64,000 nt of DNA from Gemmatales bacterium (GTDB taxonomy: Bacteria; Planctomycetota; Planctomycetia; Gemmatales; HRBIN36). Under the pieces are notes generated by a model, which worked only from the letters and a program-made list of their open reading frames with translations, searched no databases and had not been told where the DNA came from. The stretch lies in NCBI GenBank assembly GCA_041640595.1, contig JBEPZY010000001.1, positions 896,001 through 960,000 of the forward strand, in the 5' to 3' direction. The position numbers and the translations under genes were made by a program. Each line of letters begins with the position of its first letter. Position 1 is the stretch's first letter. This document shows, piece after piece, positions 22,255 to 33,103 of this stretch.

Positions 22255-22530
22255 ATGAGCGAAGGGGAAAAAGTCGTTGTCGAGTTTCTCGGAGTGCCGC
22301 GCTTTCGCACCGGCGTGGATGAAGCGCGCGTGCCCTCCGGAACACTGCGCGAGATTCTCAAGCACCTGCAGCAACAGTTTGTCGGTTTGTCAGACCTGGT
22401 CGGTGCGGATGGGGAACTGGCTCCCTGGTTTCGCGTTGCGTTGGCAGATGGCCGATTGGTCGCGGATGGCGACACTGTAATTCCGCCGGGCAGCCGGTTA
22501 CTTCTACTTTCGGCTGATGTGGGCGGTTAG
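22255..22530 (+). CDS. MoaD/ThiS family ubiquitin-like sulfur carrier
   Basis: 91 aa beta-grasp pattern (VEFLGVPR..TG, GTLREIL) ending in the diagnostic C-terminal GG. Confidence 0.85.
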   Translation: MSEGEKVVVEFLGVPRFRTGVDEARVPSGTLREILKHLQQQFVGLSDLVGADGELAPWFRVALADGRLVADGDTVIPPGSRLLLLSADVGG

Positions 22531-22703
22531 GTTGAATCGCCACCCTCGCCGGTGTTAGTGCCACCCATCAATAATCACGTGGCAAACGGCCGCGAAGAGT
22601 GCTACGTGATAGCCGCATCCGCTTCCCAATCGCCAACTGCCAGCCGCCGCTGGCTACTCATATTGTTCCCGAAAAACTGCGGACTCGTTCGGCTGATGAG
22701 CAG

Positions 22704-23045
22704 CTATTGATACTCGGATCGCGGCGGGTGAAACACATCCAGAGCACGCAGCCCCTCTGAGGACGCGATAACCTCGTGTGGCACGTTGGAAGGAATGATG
22801 TAGCGGTCGCCCGCGACCAGTTCCTTCTCTGTCTCGCCGACGCGAAACAGCGCCTTCCCGGCCAGCACCAGGCCGATCTGCTCATGGGGATGGTGATGGC
22901 GTGGCACCACTGCTCCCGGACGCATCTCCACCAGCGAGCACATCAGGTTCGTACCCCACCAGGTGCTGATAAACACGCCCGGAAAAATCTCGTGGCGGGG
23001 ACACTCCTGTTCGAGAGGGAATGGGACAGAAAGCTTCCGGCTCAT
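22704..23045 (-). CDS. Cupin domain protein
   Basis: H.HPHEQ.G, GD...IPSNVPH and LDVFHPPR.EY motifs. Confidence 0.9.
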   Translation of the reverse strand: MSRKLSVPFPLEQECPRHEIFPGVFISTWWGTNLMCSLVEMRPGAVVPRHHHPHEQIGLVLAGKALFRVGETEKELVAGDRYIIPSNVPHEVIASSEGLRALDVFHPPRSEYQ

Positions 23046-24349
23046 GGATATTGCTGCAAGCCCCCTCCCAGGGCGTTAATGACCTCCGCCCGGTTACGAA
23101 CAATGAGCACCTTACGAACCGGGTCGTAAACAATTGTTCCTGGTCCGCCACTGCCATCAGGCTGACGCCAGCTTTCGGGGGCTACGGTGGTGGTGATGAT
23201 TTGAATGAGTTGGGCTGCCTGAAATGCCTCCTGCTGTGCCTGCAACCATTGCCCTAACGGCGTGAAGGAGAAGGCTCCAAACCAGCCATTTGCTCCTACC
23301 AAATCGCCGATCGGGTAGTACCGGGTAACCAATTGCTGAGCGGCCTTTGCCGGAGTCATCACCTGAATTACTTCGTTCTTGACCACGTATTCCAGGCCGA
23401 CTCGCGATAGCACTGTCCGAAGCACTGTGCGTTTGGTCACGCCCTTTGGCAACCGGACACTGATGGGCGTGTTCTTATCCACGTTGGCTTCTTTCAACTC
23501 GTTCTCGTCCACCACGATAGGCTGACCCAGCAACTTTTCCAGCTGGTCCAGAACTTTCTCGAAAGAGACGCCATCCCAGTTAATCGGCTCGGTAATGGTT
23601 TCGCTGAGCGAGCGGAGGATCGCTTTTTCCTTCTCGGTAAAAGGCACCATGCCGTTCCGGTATTTTTCCGCCCGTTTATTGATGCGTGCCCATTGTTCGG
23701 CCGGTGGGTAAGTGATGTCGCCGGTAATCGGTGTCGCTGAGGCAATCAGGTCGCGCATCACTTTGGCCGCTGCTTCCTCGCGCTGACGCTGGATGTCACG
23801 GACTTCCCGCAGTTCGACCGCCATCCCCGTCTGGCGTCGCAGCACTGTCGCTACTCGCTGAAGCTCGGGATCGTTGGGATAACGCTTTTCCAGGTCGGCC
23901 AGCAGCTTTTGCGCAGCCGAATACTCGCGCAACTCTACCAGTCGGCGGATAGTGCTTAGTTCCTGCTTAACATCCGTGCGTGGCTCGGCAACATTTGCAG
24001 CGGGCGGTGCATGTGGTTTAGCCGGTGCCTGAGCGGCGTGATTCTCCAGCTCGCGTAACCGCTGAGCCACCAGCCCCCGCAATTCTGTTCGCCGACCCGG
24101 TGGCAATGCCCGGTCCTGCTCGAGCATTCGCCGGGCCGCTTGCAATAGTTCTATTGCCCGTGCTGGATCGTTGTGGCGCAACCTCTGAGCCTCGGCCAGG
24201 AAAGCTTGAATGTCGGCTTCGACACGCTGGGCTTCGATTTGCTGACGCTTGTAAAAGTCATCCGCCAGGCCGCCGGGCTTGTTCTGACCCAACGCCGGTC
24301 CGGCAAATGCGACGATCCCCGCCAGCACAACCGCGATCCGCTGCAACAT
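23042..24349 (-). CDS. Secreted protein with helical N-terminus and STN / secretin-N-like domains
   Basis: Signal peptide. INWDGVSFEKVLD.L..IVVD (STN-like) and TRYYPIGDLV..LIQIITTTVAPESW..GGPGTI. No secretin barrel. Confidence 0.7.
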   Translation of the reverse strand: MLQRIAVVLAGIVAFAGPALGQNKPGGLADDFYKRQQIEAQRVEADIQAFLAEAQRLRHNDPARAIELLQAARRMLEQDRALPPGRRTELRGLVAQRLRELENHAAQAPAKPHAPPAANVAEPRTDVKQELSTIRRLVELREYSAAQKLLADLEKRYPNDPELQRVATVLRRQTGMAVELREVRDIQRQREEAAAKVMRDLIASATPITGDITYPPAEQWARINKRAEKYRNGMVPFTEKEKAILRSLSETITEPINWDGVSFEKVLDQLEKLLGQPIVVDENELKEANVDKNTPISVRLPKGVTKRTVLRTVLSRVGLEYVVKNEVIQVMTPAKAAQQLVTRYYPIGDLVGANGWFGAFSFTPLGQWLQAQQEAFQAAQLIQIITTTVAPESWRQPDGSGGPGTIVYDPVRKVLIVRNRAEVINALGGGLQQYP

Positions 24350-24541
24350 GGCTCGCTCCTTTCGTGTCCCCCGGTGCTTTGGGAATTTGCCAGGCTTTTG
24401 CCCTTTATGCTACCCTGGAGTTAACATAGTCCCTGAGAAGCCTTGCGCCAACCTAAAAATTTTCGGCTATCACTGGACGCCGTGGCGTTTCCCTCACTGT
24501 TCCACCCAGTATTGCGTTCCTTGCAGCCGACAAGCTCTGGC

Positions 24542-25240
24542 CTAATCGTCACGGTTCGAGCCGCCCAATAATCCGGCGCGGAACAGGAAGTACAAAATGA
24601 CCAGCAAGGTGCTGACAACGGCAGCGACGTATGTCCATGCTGCCGCGTTCAAAACCCGGTCCACGCCTTCGCGTTCTTCCGGAGCAATGATTCCACTCTC
24701 CAGCAACAGCCGCTTCGCACGGGCGCTGGCGTCAAACTCCACCGGCAGGGTCACCAGCTGGAACAGCAACACCGCAGAGAAAATTCCCACCCCGACCAGC
24801 ACGACGAACGGGTGAATGAACAGCCCAATAGCCATCACCAGGTAACCGATAGTCGAACCGATATGCGCCGTCGGTACCAGAGCCGAGCGAATCCACAATG
24901 GGGCATAGTGGGTGGCGTGCTGCAAAGCGTGCCCGGCTTCGTGTGCCGCTACGCCAACGGCCGCTACGGACCGGCTGTGATACGTTTGCGGCGACAGAGC
25001 CAGCCGTTTGTGTATCGGGTCGTAATGGTCGCTGAGGAAACCCTCCGTTAGCGTAACCTCAACGTCGTGGATGCCGGCTTGTTCGAGGATAAATTCGGCA
25101 GCTTCCGCGCCCGACAGACCACTGGAAGTCGGGACGCGGCTGTAATAATCGAAGTTCGCCTTCACCCGCCAGCTTGCCCACAGAGAAAGCAACAAGCCCG
25201 GCAGGATGAAGAGCAAATAAATCGGGTCAAAGTAGAACAT
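24542..25240 (-). CDS. Neutral zinc metallopeptidase (YugP-like, Zn_peptidase_2)
   Basis: LSDHYDP, AAHEAGHALQH, TLPVEFDAS.RA and VLNAAAWTYVA motifs. AAGGAG SD. Confidence 0.92.
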   Translation of the reverse strand: MFYFDPIYLLFILPGLLLSLWASWRVKANFDYYSRVPTSSGLSGAEAAEFILEQAGIHDVEVTLTEGFLSDHYDPIHKRLALSPQTYHSRSVAAVGVAAHEAGHALQHATHYAPLWIRSALVPTAHIGSTIGYLVMAIGLFIHPFVVLVGVGIFSAVLLFQLVTLPVEFDASARAKRLLLESGIIAPEEREGVDRVLNAAAWTYVAAVVSTLLVILYFLFRAGLLGGSNRDD

Positions 25241-25827
25241 GGCTCGTTCTCCTTCCCAGTGATCTGGTCGGGGTAATAGACGGCAATCAGGCAATTGGCA
25301 AGTCGCCAGGCGCCCTATGAAGTCGCTTCAATCCGGCGGCCAGCGAAAGCCTTGTTTCCTTGTATGGCCAATCGCGGCTTGCGGTAAGCAGTTCGCCAAT
25401 CTTTACCAGCAGGAGCCAATGCTCGCGGTCGGTCGCGGAAGCCGCGACGCTTCCAGCCTTCACCATCCATCTGCCTCTCACGTTCGCTTCTCGCGCAGTC
25501 GCGGAAGCAGGGTCGCGCTAAGCCCTTTCCATTGTACGCTGCGTGTTACGCTAATCTGGCAAACCGCTCCAGACTTGTCCGATACAATAGGCGATAGCCA
25601 CAGACTTCTGTGCAGGATAGTCGCCAGCAACCTTATCTGGCGAAGCTTATAGTAGACCGCATCCGACCGCATCCAACTGGAAATTCGGCGATAATGCTAT
25701 TCGGTCCAGGGGCCATGGTCGGAACAGCCAAATCACTGCCAGCAGGGCCAAAAAGAGGGCTATGATAGCCCTCCCTCTCGGCGCGCTATGGGACGAATAA
25801 TCAAATCATTGCCAGCAGGAGTCAGGT

Positions 25828-26118
25828 ATGCCGTCCAGCGATCCCCGCGATGTCGTGCGTCTGGTTGCCGTTGAAGATACCCAGGAAGCCTTTGCGATCA
25901 AGGCGGCTCTGGAAAGTGAAGGAATCGAATGCCAGGTGGTCGGAGATTATCTCGATGCCAGTCTGGGAACGCTGAAAGTAATCCCGGCCGAAGTATGGGT
26001 ACATCGGCGAGACCTCGAACGTGCCCAGCAGCTCCTGGAAGAATTACGCCGCCAGCAGATGGAGAACACGGGCGACGCACAGGAAAGCAGCAACGCAACC
26101 GACGAGGAGCAGGAGTGA
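25828..26118 (+). CDS. DUF2007 (putative signal transducing) protein
   Basis: EAFAIKAALESEGI and EVWV...DLERAQQLL pattern. Confidence 0.8.
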   Translation: MPSSDPRDVVRLVAVEDTQEAFAIKAALESEGIECQVVGDYLDASLGTLKVIPAEVWVHRRDLERAQQLLEELRRQQMENTGDAQESSNATDEEQE

Positions 26119-27263
26119 ATTGGCAGCTACCTGAGTTGTTAGCCGAGTTAGTACGGCGACCGAGCCAGAATCCCATGGGGTTGCCGCTGAGCGGACCGGG
26201 TTTTGGCGAGGCGGCGGTGACGGATTTTCTGGAAGCGTTATTTCGGGAATGGAATTTGCGCTATCTCCGCCAGCCGGTTCTGCCGGGTCGGGAAAATATC
26301 ATCGCGTTCTGTCCGGGCCGAGAAGGTGCCCCTGTGTTTTTATGGGAAGCGCATCAGGACACGGTGCCCGCCGGCGATATGGTGGAGGCTTTTCGGCCCC
26401 GGATCGAGAACGGTCGGCTTTACGGTCGCGGTGCCTGCGATGTCAAAGGTGCGCTAGCGGCGATGCTCGCGGCTCTGCGCCGGCTCATGGCTGAGCCGAA
26501 GGAACGCCGATACGGGATCGTCCTGGCGTGTGTCGTGGATGAGGAGTACACCTTTCGGGGCGTTCGGGAACTGGTGAAACTACCGCTGGAGGTGCACGGA
26601 GCCATTGTCGCGGAACCGACACGGCTGCAAATTATCGTGGCCCACAAAAGAATCGTGCGCTGGCGCATCCATACTCAAGGACGCAGCTGCCACAGTTCCC
26701 AGCCTGAACTTGGCGTCAACGCTATTTACCGCATGGCTGGTGTGGTGCAGGCTGTGGAGCAGTACGCAGAATGGTTGCGCAGTTACCGACGCGACCCCTG
26801 TCTGGGGCCAGCTACTCTGAGCGTAGGACGAATTGAAGGCGGCATCAGCGCGAATATCGTGCCGGAGCGTTGCACCATTGACCTCGACCGCCGCGTCTTG
26901 CCCGGTGAAGAACTCGACCAGGTACCGAAAGAATTGGCCGATTTCCTGGGCCGAACCATTGGCCCGAACGGTTGGCATCAGGAAGAACCCTGGATGGCTT
27001 TGCCGCCGCTGTCACCCGAAGGCAAGGAAGCGCTGGTGGCGCGACTGCGGGAAGCCGTTTATGAGGTTCGGGGCCGGGCTGACATCGGTACCGTCGCTTA
27101 CGGAACCGATGCTTCGACGCTGCAAGAGGCAGGTATCCCCTGTGTGGTTTTCGGCCCGGGCGACATTGCCCAGGCCCACACGGCTGAAGAGTGGATCGCT
27201 CTGGACGAATTGGAACAGGCCGCTGAAATTCTTTATCGCTTCGGAATCTGGCGGAGTGGCTAA
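26115..27263 (+). CDS. M20 family peptidase / acetylornithine deacetylase (ArgE/DapE-like)
   Basis: EAHQDTVP, GRGACDVKG, DEE, GRSCHSS.P and FGPGDIAQAHT motifs. The GTG start overlaps the upstream stop. Confidence 0.9.
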   Translation: MNWQLPELLAELVRRPSQNPMGLPLSGPGFGEAAVTDFLEALFREWNLRYLRQPVLPGRENIIAFCPGREGAPVFLWEAHQDTVPAGDMVEAFRPRIENGRLYGRGACDVKGALAAMLAALRRLMAEPKERRYGIVLACVVDEEYTFRGVRELVKLPLEVHGAIVAEPTRLQIIVAHKRIVRWRIHTQGRSCHSSQPELGVNAIYRMAGVVQAVEQYAEWLRSYRRDPCLGPATLSVGRIEGGISANIVPERCTIDLDRRVLPGEELDQVPKELADFLGRTIGPNGWHQEEPWMALPPLSPEGKEALVARLREAVYEVRGRADIGTVAYGTDASTLQEAGIPCVVFGPGDIAQAHTAEEWIALDELEQAAEILYRFGIWRSG

Positions 27264-28255
27264 TGCGTGCACTGGTATTTGACCGCTTCGGCGAGCCGGC
27301 AGAAGTGTTGCAACTGCGCGACCTCCCCGTCCCGAGACCGGCCCCCGGTCAGGTTCGCGTGCGCATGATCGCCAGCCCGATCAATCCGTCGGATTTGCTG
27401 TTGATTCGCGGGACTTACGGTCGTCGCGCTGAGCCACCCGCTGTGCCGGGATTTGAAGGCGTGGGCATTGTGGAAGAAAGCGGCGGCGGTTTGCTGGGCT
27501 GGCGGGTGTTAGGACGTCGCGTCGCTGTGCTGAACGGTCGTGGCGGCAACTGGCAGGAACAAGTCGTTGTCCCTGCACGACAAGCGGTACCAGTCCCCGA
27601 TGATTTGCCCGACGAACAGGTAGCCTCTTTCTTCGTGAACCCGGCGACGGCACTGGTTATGGTAACCCACGTCCTTCGGGTGCCTAAAGGCGAATGGCTG
27701 TTGCAGACGGCAGCCAATTCCGCGCTCGGAAAAATGGTGATTCGCCTCGGCCAGGCCCTGGGTTTTCACACCGTGAATGTCGTGCGGCGAGAAGCAGCAC
27801 GCCAGGAGCTTGCTTCCCTGCAGCCCGATGCTGTTTTGGTCTGGCAGCAGGACGATGATTTGAGCCAACTCCTGCGTGATCAGTTGCCGCACGTTTCGCT
27901 GCGCTATGCTCTGGATTGCGTGGGCGGCAAACTCGGTTCGCAGGTGATTTCCTGCCTCGGCCCGAGAGGACATTTGCTCGTTTATGGCACTTTGTCCGGG
28001 GAGCCGTTAGTCTTTAGCCCCCGCGACCTGATGGTCAATTCCCGCAAAATCGAGGGTTTCTGGCTGTCGGAATGGGTGCAGCGGCAAAGCGCCTGGACGA
28101 TGCTGCGACTGTTTCGACAAATCATTCGGTTGATGCGGCGTGGTGTGCTGACCACCGAGGTTGCAGCGCAATACCCGATCGAGCAGTATCAGGAGGCTCT
28201 AAAGCACGCTCAGGCTTCCGGACGTTCGGGAAAAGTGCTGCTTCGTTTCGGGTAA
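27263..28255 (+). CDS. MDR-family oxidoreductase (zinc-independent, 2-enoyl-thioester reductase-like)
   Basis: ASPINPSD, PGFEGVG, VNPATA, QTAANSALG and GKVLL motifs. Confidence 0.88.
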   Translation: MRALVFDRFGEPAEVLQLRDLPVPRPAPGQVRVRMIASPINPSDLLLIRGTYGRRAEPPAVPGFEGVGIVEESGGGLLGWRVLGRRVAVLNGRGGNWQEQVVVPARQAVPVPDDLPDEQVASFFVNPATALVMVTHVLRVPKGEWLLQTAANSALGKMVIRLGQALGFHTVNVVRREAARQELASLQPDAVLVWQQDDDLSQLLRDQLPHVSLRYALDCVGGKLGSQVISCLGPRGHLLVYGTLSGEPLVFSPRDLMVNSRKIEGFWLSEWVQRQSAWTMLRLFRQIIRLMRRGVLTTEVAAQYPIEQYQEALKHAQASGRSGKVLLRFG

Positions 28256-28260
28256 CACTC

Positions 28261-28983
28261 ATGCCGGAACGCATGCCAACCACCCGCGGGTCAAGGCGAT
28301 GGATCCTGGGAGGCCTGTTTGTGCTCCTGGGACTGGTGTCGTTGATTATCAGCGCGCTATTTGTGGACTGGCGAAACTGGATTTCGGTATTTCGGTCGCA
28401 AGCCGAGGACTGGCGCAATTACGTAGCCGAGCGCTGGTGGGTAAGCAGCGCCGCGTATTTCGGCGTGTATGTGCTGTTTGCAGGACTGGCCCTGCCGGGA
28501 GCGATGGTACTGACCCTGGTTGGCGGCGCTCTGTTCGGATGGCTATGGGGCGTGGTGCTGGTGAGTTTCGCTTCCACGGCAGGGGCAACACTGGCCATGC
28601 TCCTGAGCCGCTGGCTGCTCCGCGATTGGGTGCGACAGCGTTACGGCCACTATTTGCCCACTTTGCAGGCGGAGTTGCATCGCGCTGGGGGCTGGTATTT
28701 ACTGAGCCTGCGCCTGAATCCGGTAGTCCCGTTCTTCATGATAAACGTGGCGTTTGGTTTGACAGATATTCCGGTGTGGCGATTCTGGTTGCTGAGTCAA
28801 CTGGGAATGCTACCGGCGACGGTGCTGTATGTATGGGCCGGCACCGAATTGGAAACCGCGATTGTAACCGGCCAAATCGTCCCTGCCCGCATTATCCTGG
28901 CGCTGCTGGTAATCAGTTTCTTGCCAATTTTGGGGCGCTGGCTGGCGACACGCTGGCTGACAACCCCGCGCACGACAAATTAG
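28261..28983 (+). CDS. TVP38/TMEM64 (VTT/DedA superfamily) membrane protein
   Basis: LPGA..LTL.GG.LFG, LRLNPVVPFF..N and SQLGMLP motifs. Confidence 0.88.
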   Translation: MPERMPTTRGSRRWILGGLFVLLGLVSLIISALFVDWRNWISVFRSQAEDWRNYVAERWWVSSAAYFGVYVLFAGLALPGAMVLTLVGGALFGWLWGVVLVSFASTAGATLAMLLSRWLLRDWVRQRYGHYLPTLQAELHRAGGWYLLSLRLNPVVPFFMINVAFGLTDIPVWRFWLLSQLGMLPATVLYVWAGTELETAIVTGQIVPARIILALLVISFLPILGRWLATRWLTTPRTTN

Positions 28984-29061
28984 TTCGTATGATATGTGCG
29001 TGCGCGCGGGTAGCAGCACGACCATAGTTACCCCGATGAATTGGCAACCGGAGAAGATGAC

Positions 29062-30300
29062 ATGGAGATTCTGCGACAACAAGACCCAGCGGTCTGGGAA
29101 GCGATTGAGGGCGAGCGCCGCCGTCAGCAGGAAGGTCTGGAAATGATTGCCTCCGAAAATTACACCAGTCCGGCAGTGCTGGCGGCTCAGGGTTCGGTGC
29201 TGACCAACAAGTATGCCGAAGGGTACCCGGGGCGGCGTTATTACGGTGGCTGTGAATTTGTGGATCAGGTAGAGCGGCTGGCGATCGAGCGCGCCAAGCA
29301 GTTGTTTGGAGCCGAATTCGCCAACGTCCAACCCCATTCCGGTGCTCAGGCGAACATGGCGGTTTATTTCGCCTGTCTGCAGCCCGGCGACACGATTCTG
29401 GCGATGGATCTGGCTCACGGCGGACATCTGACTCACGGCATGCGCTTGAATTTCTCGGGCAAACTGTATCGTGTGGTCGGCTATACCGTACATCCGGAGA
29501 CGGAGCGAATTGACTTTGACCAGGTAGCGCGGCTGGCACGGGAACATCGCCCCAAGTTGATCGTCGCTGGTGCCAGTGCTTATCCGCGACAAATAGATTT
29601 CGGACGTTTCGCAGAAATTGCGCGACAAGTTGGGGCATTGCTGATGGTGGATATGGCGCATATTGCCGGTCTGGTGGCAGCCCGATTACATCCCGATCCG
29701 GTGCCGGTGGCCGATTTCGTTACCTCAACGACCCACAAAACTTTGCGCGGGCCCCGCAGCGGTTTCATTCTTGGCAAGGAAGAATGGGGCCAGAAGATTA
29801 ACCAGGCGGTTTTTCCTGGCATTCAGGGCGGACCTCTGATGCATGTGATCGCAGCAAAAGCAGTGGCGTTCGGCGAGGCCCTGCGACCGGAATTTCGCCA
29901 GTATGCCCGCCAGATTATCCTCAATGCCCAAACGCTGGCCGAGGAACTGCTTCGCGCGGGTTTTCGGCTTGTTACTGGTGGAACCGATAATCATCTCATC
30001 CTGGTGGATGTGACGCCGCGCGGATTGACCGGTAAACTGGCCGAGAAAGCTCTCGAACGGGCCGGAATCACCGTCAACAAGAACCTTATACCGTTCGACA
30101 AACGGCCCCCGTTGGATCCGTCGGGCCTGCGCATTGGCACCCCGGCGTTGACCACTCGCGGCATGAAAGAGGCGGAGATGCGGCAAATCGCGCGCTGGAT
30201 TGATGAAGTGCTGCGTGAACCGGACAACGAGACCGTGTTGTCGCGGGTGCGCGAACAAGTGCGTGAATTGTGCCGGCAGTTCCCCGCTCCCAGCAACTAG
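29062..30300 (+). CDS. glyA: Serine hydroxymethyltransferase
   Basis: [40 protein letters not shown] and GGTDNHL motifs. Confidence 0.98.
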   Translation: MEILRQQDPAVWEAIEGERRRQQEGLEMIASENYTSPAVLAAQGSVLTNKYAEGYPGRRYYGGCEFVDQVERLAIERAKQLFGAEFANVQPHSGAQANMAVYFACLQPGDTILAMDLAHGGHLTHGMRLNFSGKLYRVVGYTVHPETERIDFDQVARLAREHRPKLIVAGASAYPRQIDFGRFAEIARQVGALLMVDMAHIAGLVAARLHPDPVPVADFVTSTTHKTLRGPRSGFILGKEEWGQKINQAVFPGIQGGPLMHVIAAKAVAFGEALRPEFRQYARQIILNAQTLAEELLRAGFRLVTGGTDNHLILVDVTPRGLTGKLAEKALERAGITVNKNLIPFDKRPPLDPSGLRIGTPALTTRGMKEAEMRQIARWIDEVLREPDNETVLSRVREQVRELCRQFPAPSN

Positions 30301-30650
30301 GGGCACGCTCTCGTCGTAATGCCCGCAACATGCTGAGCCGCTCCGCTCGGATCACCAGTGACTGGCCGCCGGTGGATCACCGACTCCCGGTCTGAAAGAG
30401 CGTTCCCAAACGCATTGGCTGAATCCTTCGCCAAGTGTTACCAGCAAGCCAGCAGTATCGTCTCAGGCCGGCAGACTTCCGCTTGACCGGCATCGGCGTT
30501 AGCGGTATGGACGACCAAAATGGGGCGACTCGCCAAGAACTTAAACCGCATCAGATGTCCTCACAACCGGGCGGCTTTCGGATGGGTCAGCCGTAGAGAA
30601 CCTATTGGGTATCAGATGTCCCGAAGAGAAGTTCTACGGAGGCAGGAATT

Positions 30651-31106
30651 ATGTCGCGAAGTTGCTGGGCGATCTGGGCGGCAACGGTGATGATATGCAC
30701 AGCCGTCTCTTCAGGGTGTTTGGCCGTCGTTGCCGGTGGCACTGCGGGGCTTGTTGGCGCTGCAGCTTATGAGTACTGGAAAGGCGCGGTGCGAGAAACG
30801 ATCCCTGCCAGCAGCGATAGTGTCTGGCAAGCGGCTCACGCTGCCCTGGCCGACCTCGGTTTGCCTGTCCTTTACTCCGGCAACGAGGGCACGAAACTTA
30901 TCCTCGAAAGTCGCTCGCCAAAAGATGAGGACATCAAGGTTGAAATTGAGCCGGAAAAATCGAGCGTACCGCAAGCTCCACCGAGAACCCAGGTGTCTAT
31001 CCGCGTGGGCACCTGGGGAGATGAGTACCTGAGTCGCCGCATCCTGGAACAGATTTACGTGCGGCTGGGACACGGCGATCCTCTGATTCAGGCCGCCGGG
31101 CGTTGA
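30651..31106 (+). CDS. DUF3568-like lipoprotein
   Basis: SSGC lipobox, Gly/Ala-rich segment and C-terminal IRVG.WGDE..S..IL. Confidence 0.8.
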   Translation: MSRSCWAIWAATVMICTAVSSGCLAVVAGGTAGLVGAAAYEYWKGAVRETIPASSDSVWQAAHAALADLGLPVLYSGNEGTKLILESRSPKDEDIKVEIEPEKSSVPQAPPRTQVSIRVGTWGDEYLSRRILEQIYVRLGHGDPLIQAAGR

Positions 31107-31656
31107 TGACGGGAAGTAAATCGCAACCAGGCTATTGCCGGATCACCAAAATGCTTATACGCTATAGCAGTGGTGTGGCAGTGCGTGGTGCAGTGGATAA
31201 ACGAACCAACAACTAGCCCGCAAATGCTGAGCTGAATGTTACTGCGCGAACTGCCACGATACTTTTCAAAGCACCAGGCGGTCGGTAACTGAAACGCCCA
31301 TTGTCTGAATCCGATGGCCATACGCTTCTGGTCGCCTGGTTTTCGAACGCAAGTCGGCCCATGCCGGCGCAAGGTAGCAAGCATCGCTTAGCCCTTTCGC
31401 AATCAACCTTCCACTGGTGATTCATCGCGCGGGTTCTGTGCGACGTGGATACCTTCAGCGTCGTTGGAACCGGATGCTATATCTGGTGACTGGAACCCGC
31501 CGAGGCTCCTGGCAGTGTTAGTAACCCACTGCGTGACCTTTCCCAAAAGAGCAAACACTCGGATTGTGGCGATTTCCCGCGATACTGCATCGTAGATCGC
31601 GACACTCTCATTTGCACCTTTGAGCCAATTTCTCTGCCTTTTGCGAGACGTCCGCC

Positions 31657-33048
31657 ATGAAGACTTCCGGCAAGAAAACTCGTAGCAGCACGGCTACCGT
31701 AGAAACATCCGGTCGCGCGGATAACGCGCCCGTTGAACAGGTCCAGGTTCAACCGAATCTCGCGCCGGGAGAAACCGCCCCGCAGCAAACCGACATCGGC
31801 ATTTTGCAGCGCATGCCGGTGCAGCAGCTGATCAAGGTAGCCCGTGCCGAAGGTGTTACCCAAACCGCCGGCATGACGCGACAGCAGCTCGTTGTGGAAA
31901 TCGTTCGCCGACGGAGTGAACGCGGACATACCATTTACGGCACCGGTACGCTGGAGGTGCTACCAGAACGGTTTGGCTTTTTGCGTCTGCCGGAGCGCAA
32001 TTATTTGAGTTCGCCCGACGACATCTACGTCTCGCCGACTCAAATCCGCCACCTGAATTTGCAGACCGGCATGACCATTCACGGCGTAGTACGACCACCG
32101 CTGGAGGGCCAAACCAATTTCGCATTACTCCAGGTTGTCTCCGTCAATGGCTTGCCTCCAGAGCGGGCAGCTCAGCGGGTTAATTTCGAGGATTTGCTAC
32201 CCATCCATCCGTGCAAGCGGATAATTCTGGAAACCACACCGGACGAGATCAACACGCGCGTCGTGGACCTCATCACGCCAGTGGGACGTGGACAGCGTGG
32301 CCTGATCGTTTCCCCGCCTCGTGCCGGCAAAACCGTGTTGCTTCAGAAAATTGCTCAGGCCATCCTGAAAAACTATCCCGAAATGTACGTCATCGTGCTG
32401 CTGATAGACGAACGCCCCGAAGAAGTTACCGATATGCGACGAAATGTGGTGGGCGAAAAAGGAGAAGTGGTTGCCTCCACCTTCGATGAGCCAGCCTACC
32501 AGCATTTACACGTTGCCGAGATCGTTCTGGAAAAGGCCAAGCGGATCGTCGAGTTCGGCGGCGATGTGATCATCCTGCTGGATTCGTTGACCCGACTGGC
32601 ACGGGCGTACAATGCGGAAGCCCCGGCTACCAGCAAGACGTTGACCGGAGGCATCGTCGCTGGAGCACTGGAAAAGCCGAAGCGGTTTTTCGGCACCGCT
32701 CGACAGATCGAAAACGGCGGTTCGTTGACTATTCTGGCCACTGCACTTACCGAAACTGGCAGCCGGATGGACGACGTCATTTTCGAAGAGTTTAAAGGCA
32801 CGGGCAATATGGAACTGCACCTTGATCGCCGGCTGGTGGACAAACGGGTTTGGCCCGCCATCAACATCAACGCTTCCGGTACCCGCCGCGAAGAGCTATT
32901 ACTTGACCCGGAAGAGCTTCGCCGGGTCTGGCTTTTGCGGAAGGTGCTCAGCGATATGGACCCGGTAGAAGCGATGGAGTTGCTCGTCAGCAAACTCCGC
33001 AAAACACGAAGCAATGCCGAGTTCCTGATGACCCTTCAGTTGACCTGA
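31657..33048 (+). CDS. rho: Transcription termination factor Rho
   Basis: [58 protein letters not shown] and SGTRREELL motifs. Confidence 0.98.
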   Translation: MKTSGKKTRSSTATVETSGRADNAPVEQVQVQPNLAPGETAPQQTDIGILQRMPVQQLIKVARAEGVTQTAGMTRQQLVVEIVRRRSERGHTIYGTGTLEVLPERFGFLRLPERNYLSSPDDIYVSPTQIRHLNLQTGMTIHGVVRPPLEGQTNFALLQVVSVNGLPPERAAQRVNFEDLLPIHPCKRIILETTPDEINTRVVDLITPVGRGQRGLIVSPPRAGKTVLLQKIAQAILKNYPEMYVIVLLIDERPEEVTDMRRNVVGEKGEVVASTFDEPAYQHLHVAEIVLEKAKRIVEFGGDVIILLDSLTRLARAYNAEAPATSKTLTGGIVAGALEKPKRFFGTARQIENGGSLTILATALTETGSRMDDVIFEEFKGTGNMELHLDRRLVDKRVWPAININASGTRREELLLDPEELRRVWLLRKVLSDMDPVEAMELLVSKLRKTRSNAEFLMTLQLT

Positions 33049-33103
33049 TCGGTAAGACCCAGTATTCCAGTACGGGCATAACACACAGCCCAACATCCGC
33101 CTA

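Noticed and set aside
30355..30395. ZTP (pfl) riboswitch-like GTGACTGGC..GGTGG..CACC near glyA
   Set aside because: It lies downstream of glyA and lacks the GGGAGC and CGCCTGGGCA elements of the consensus.
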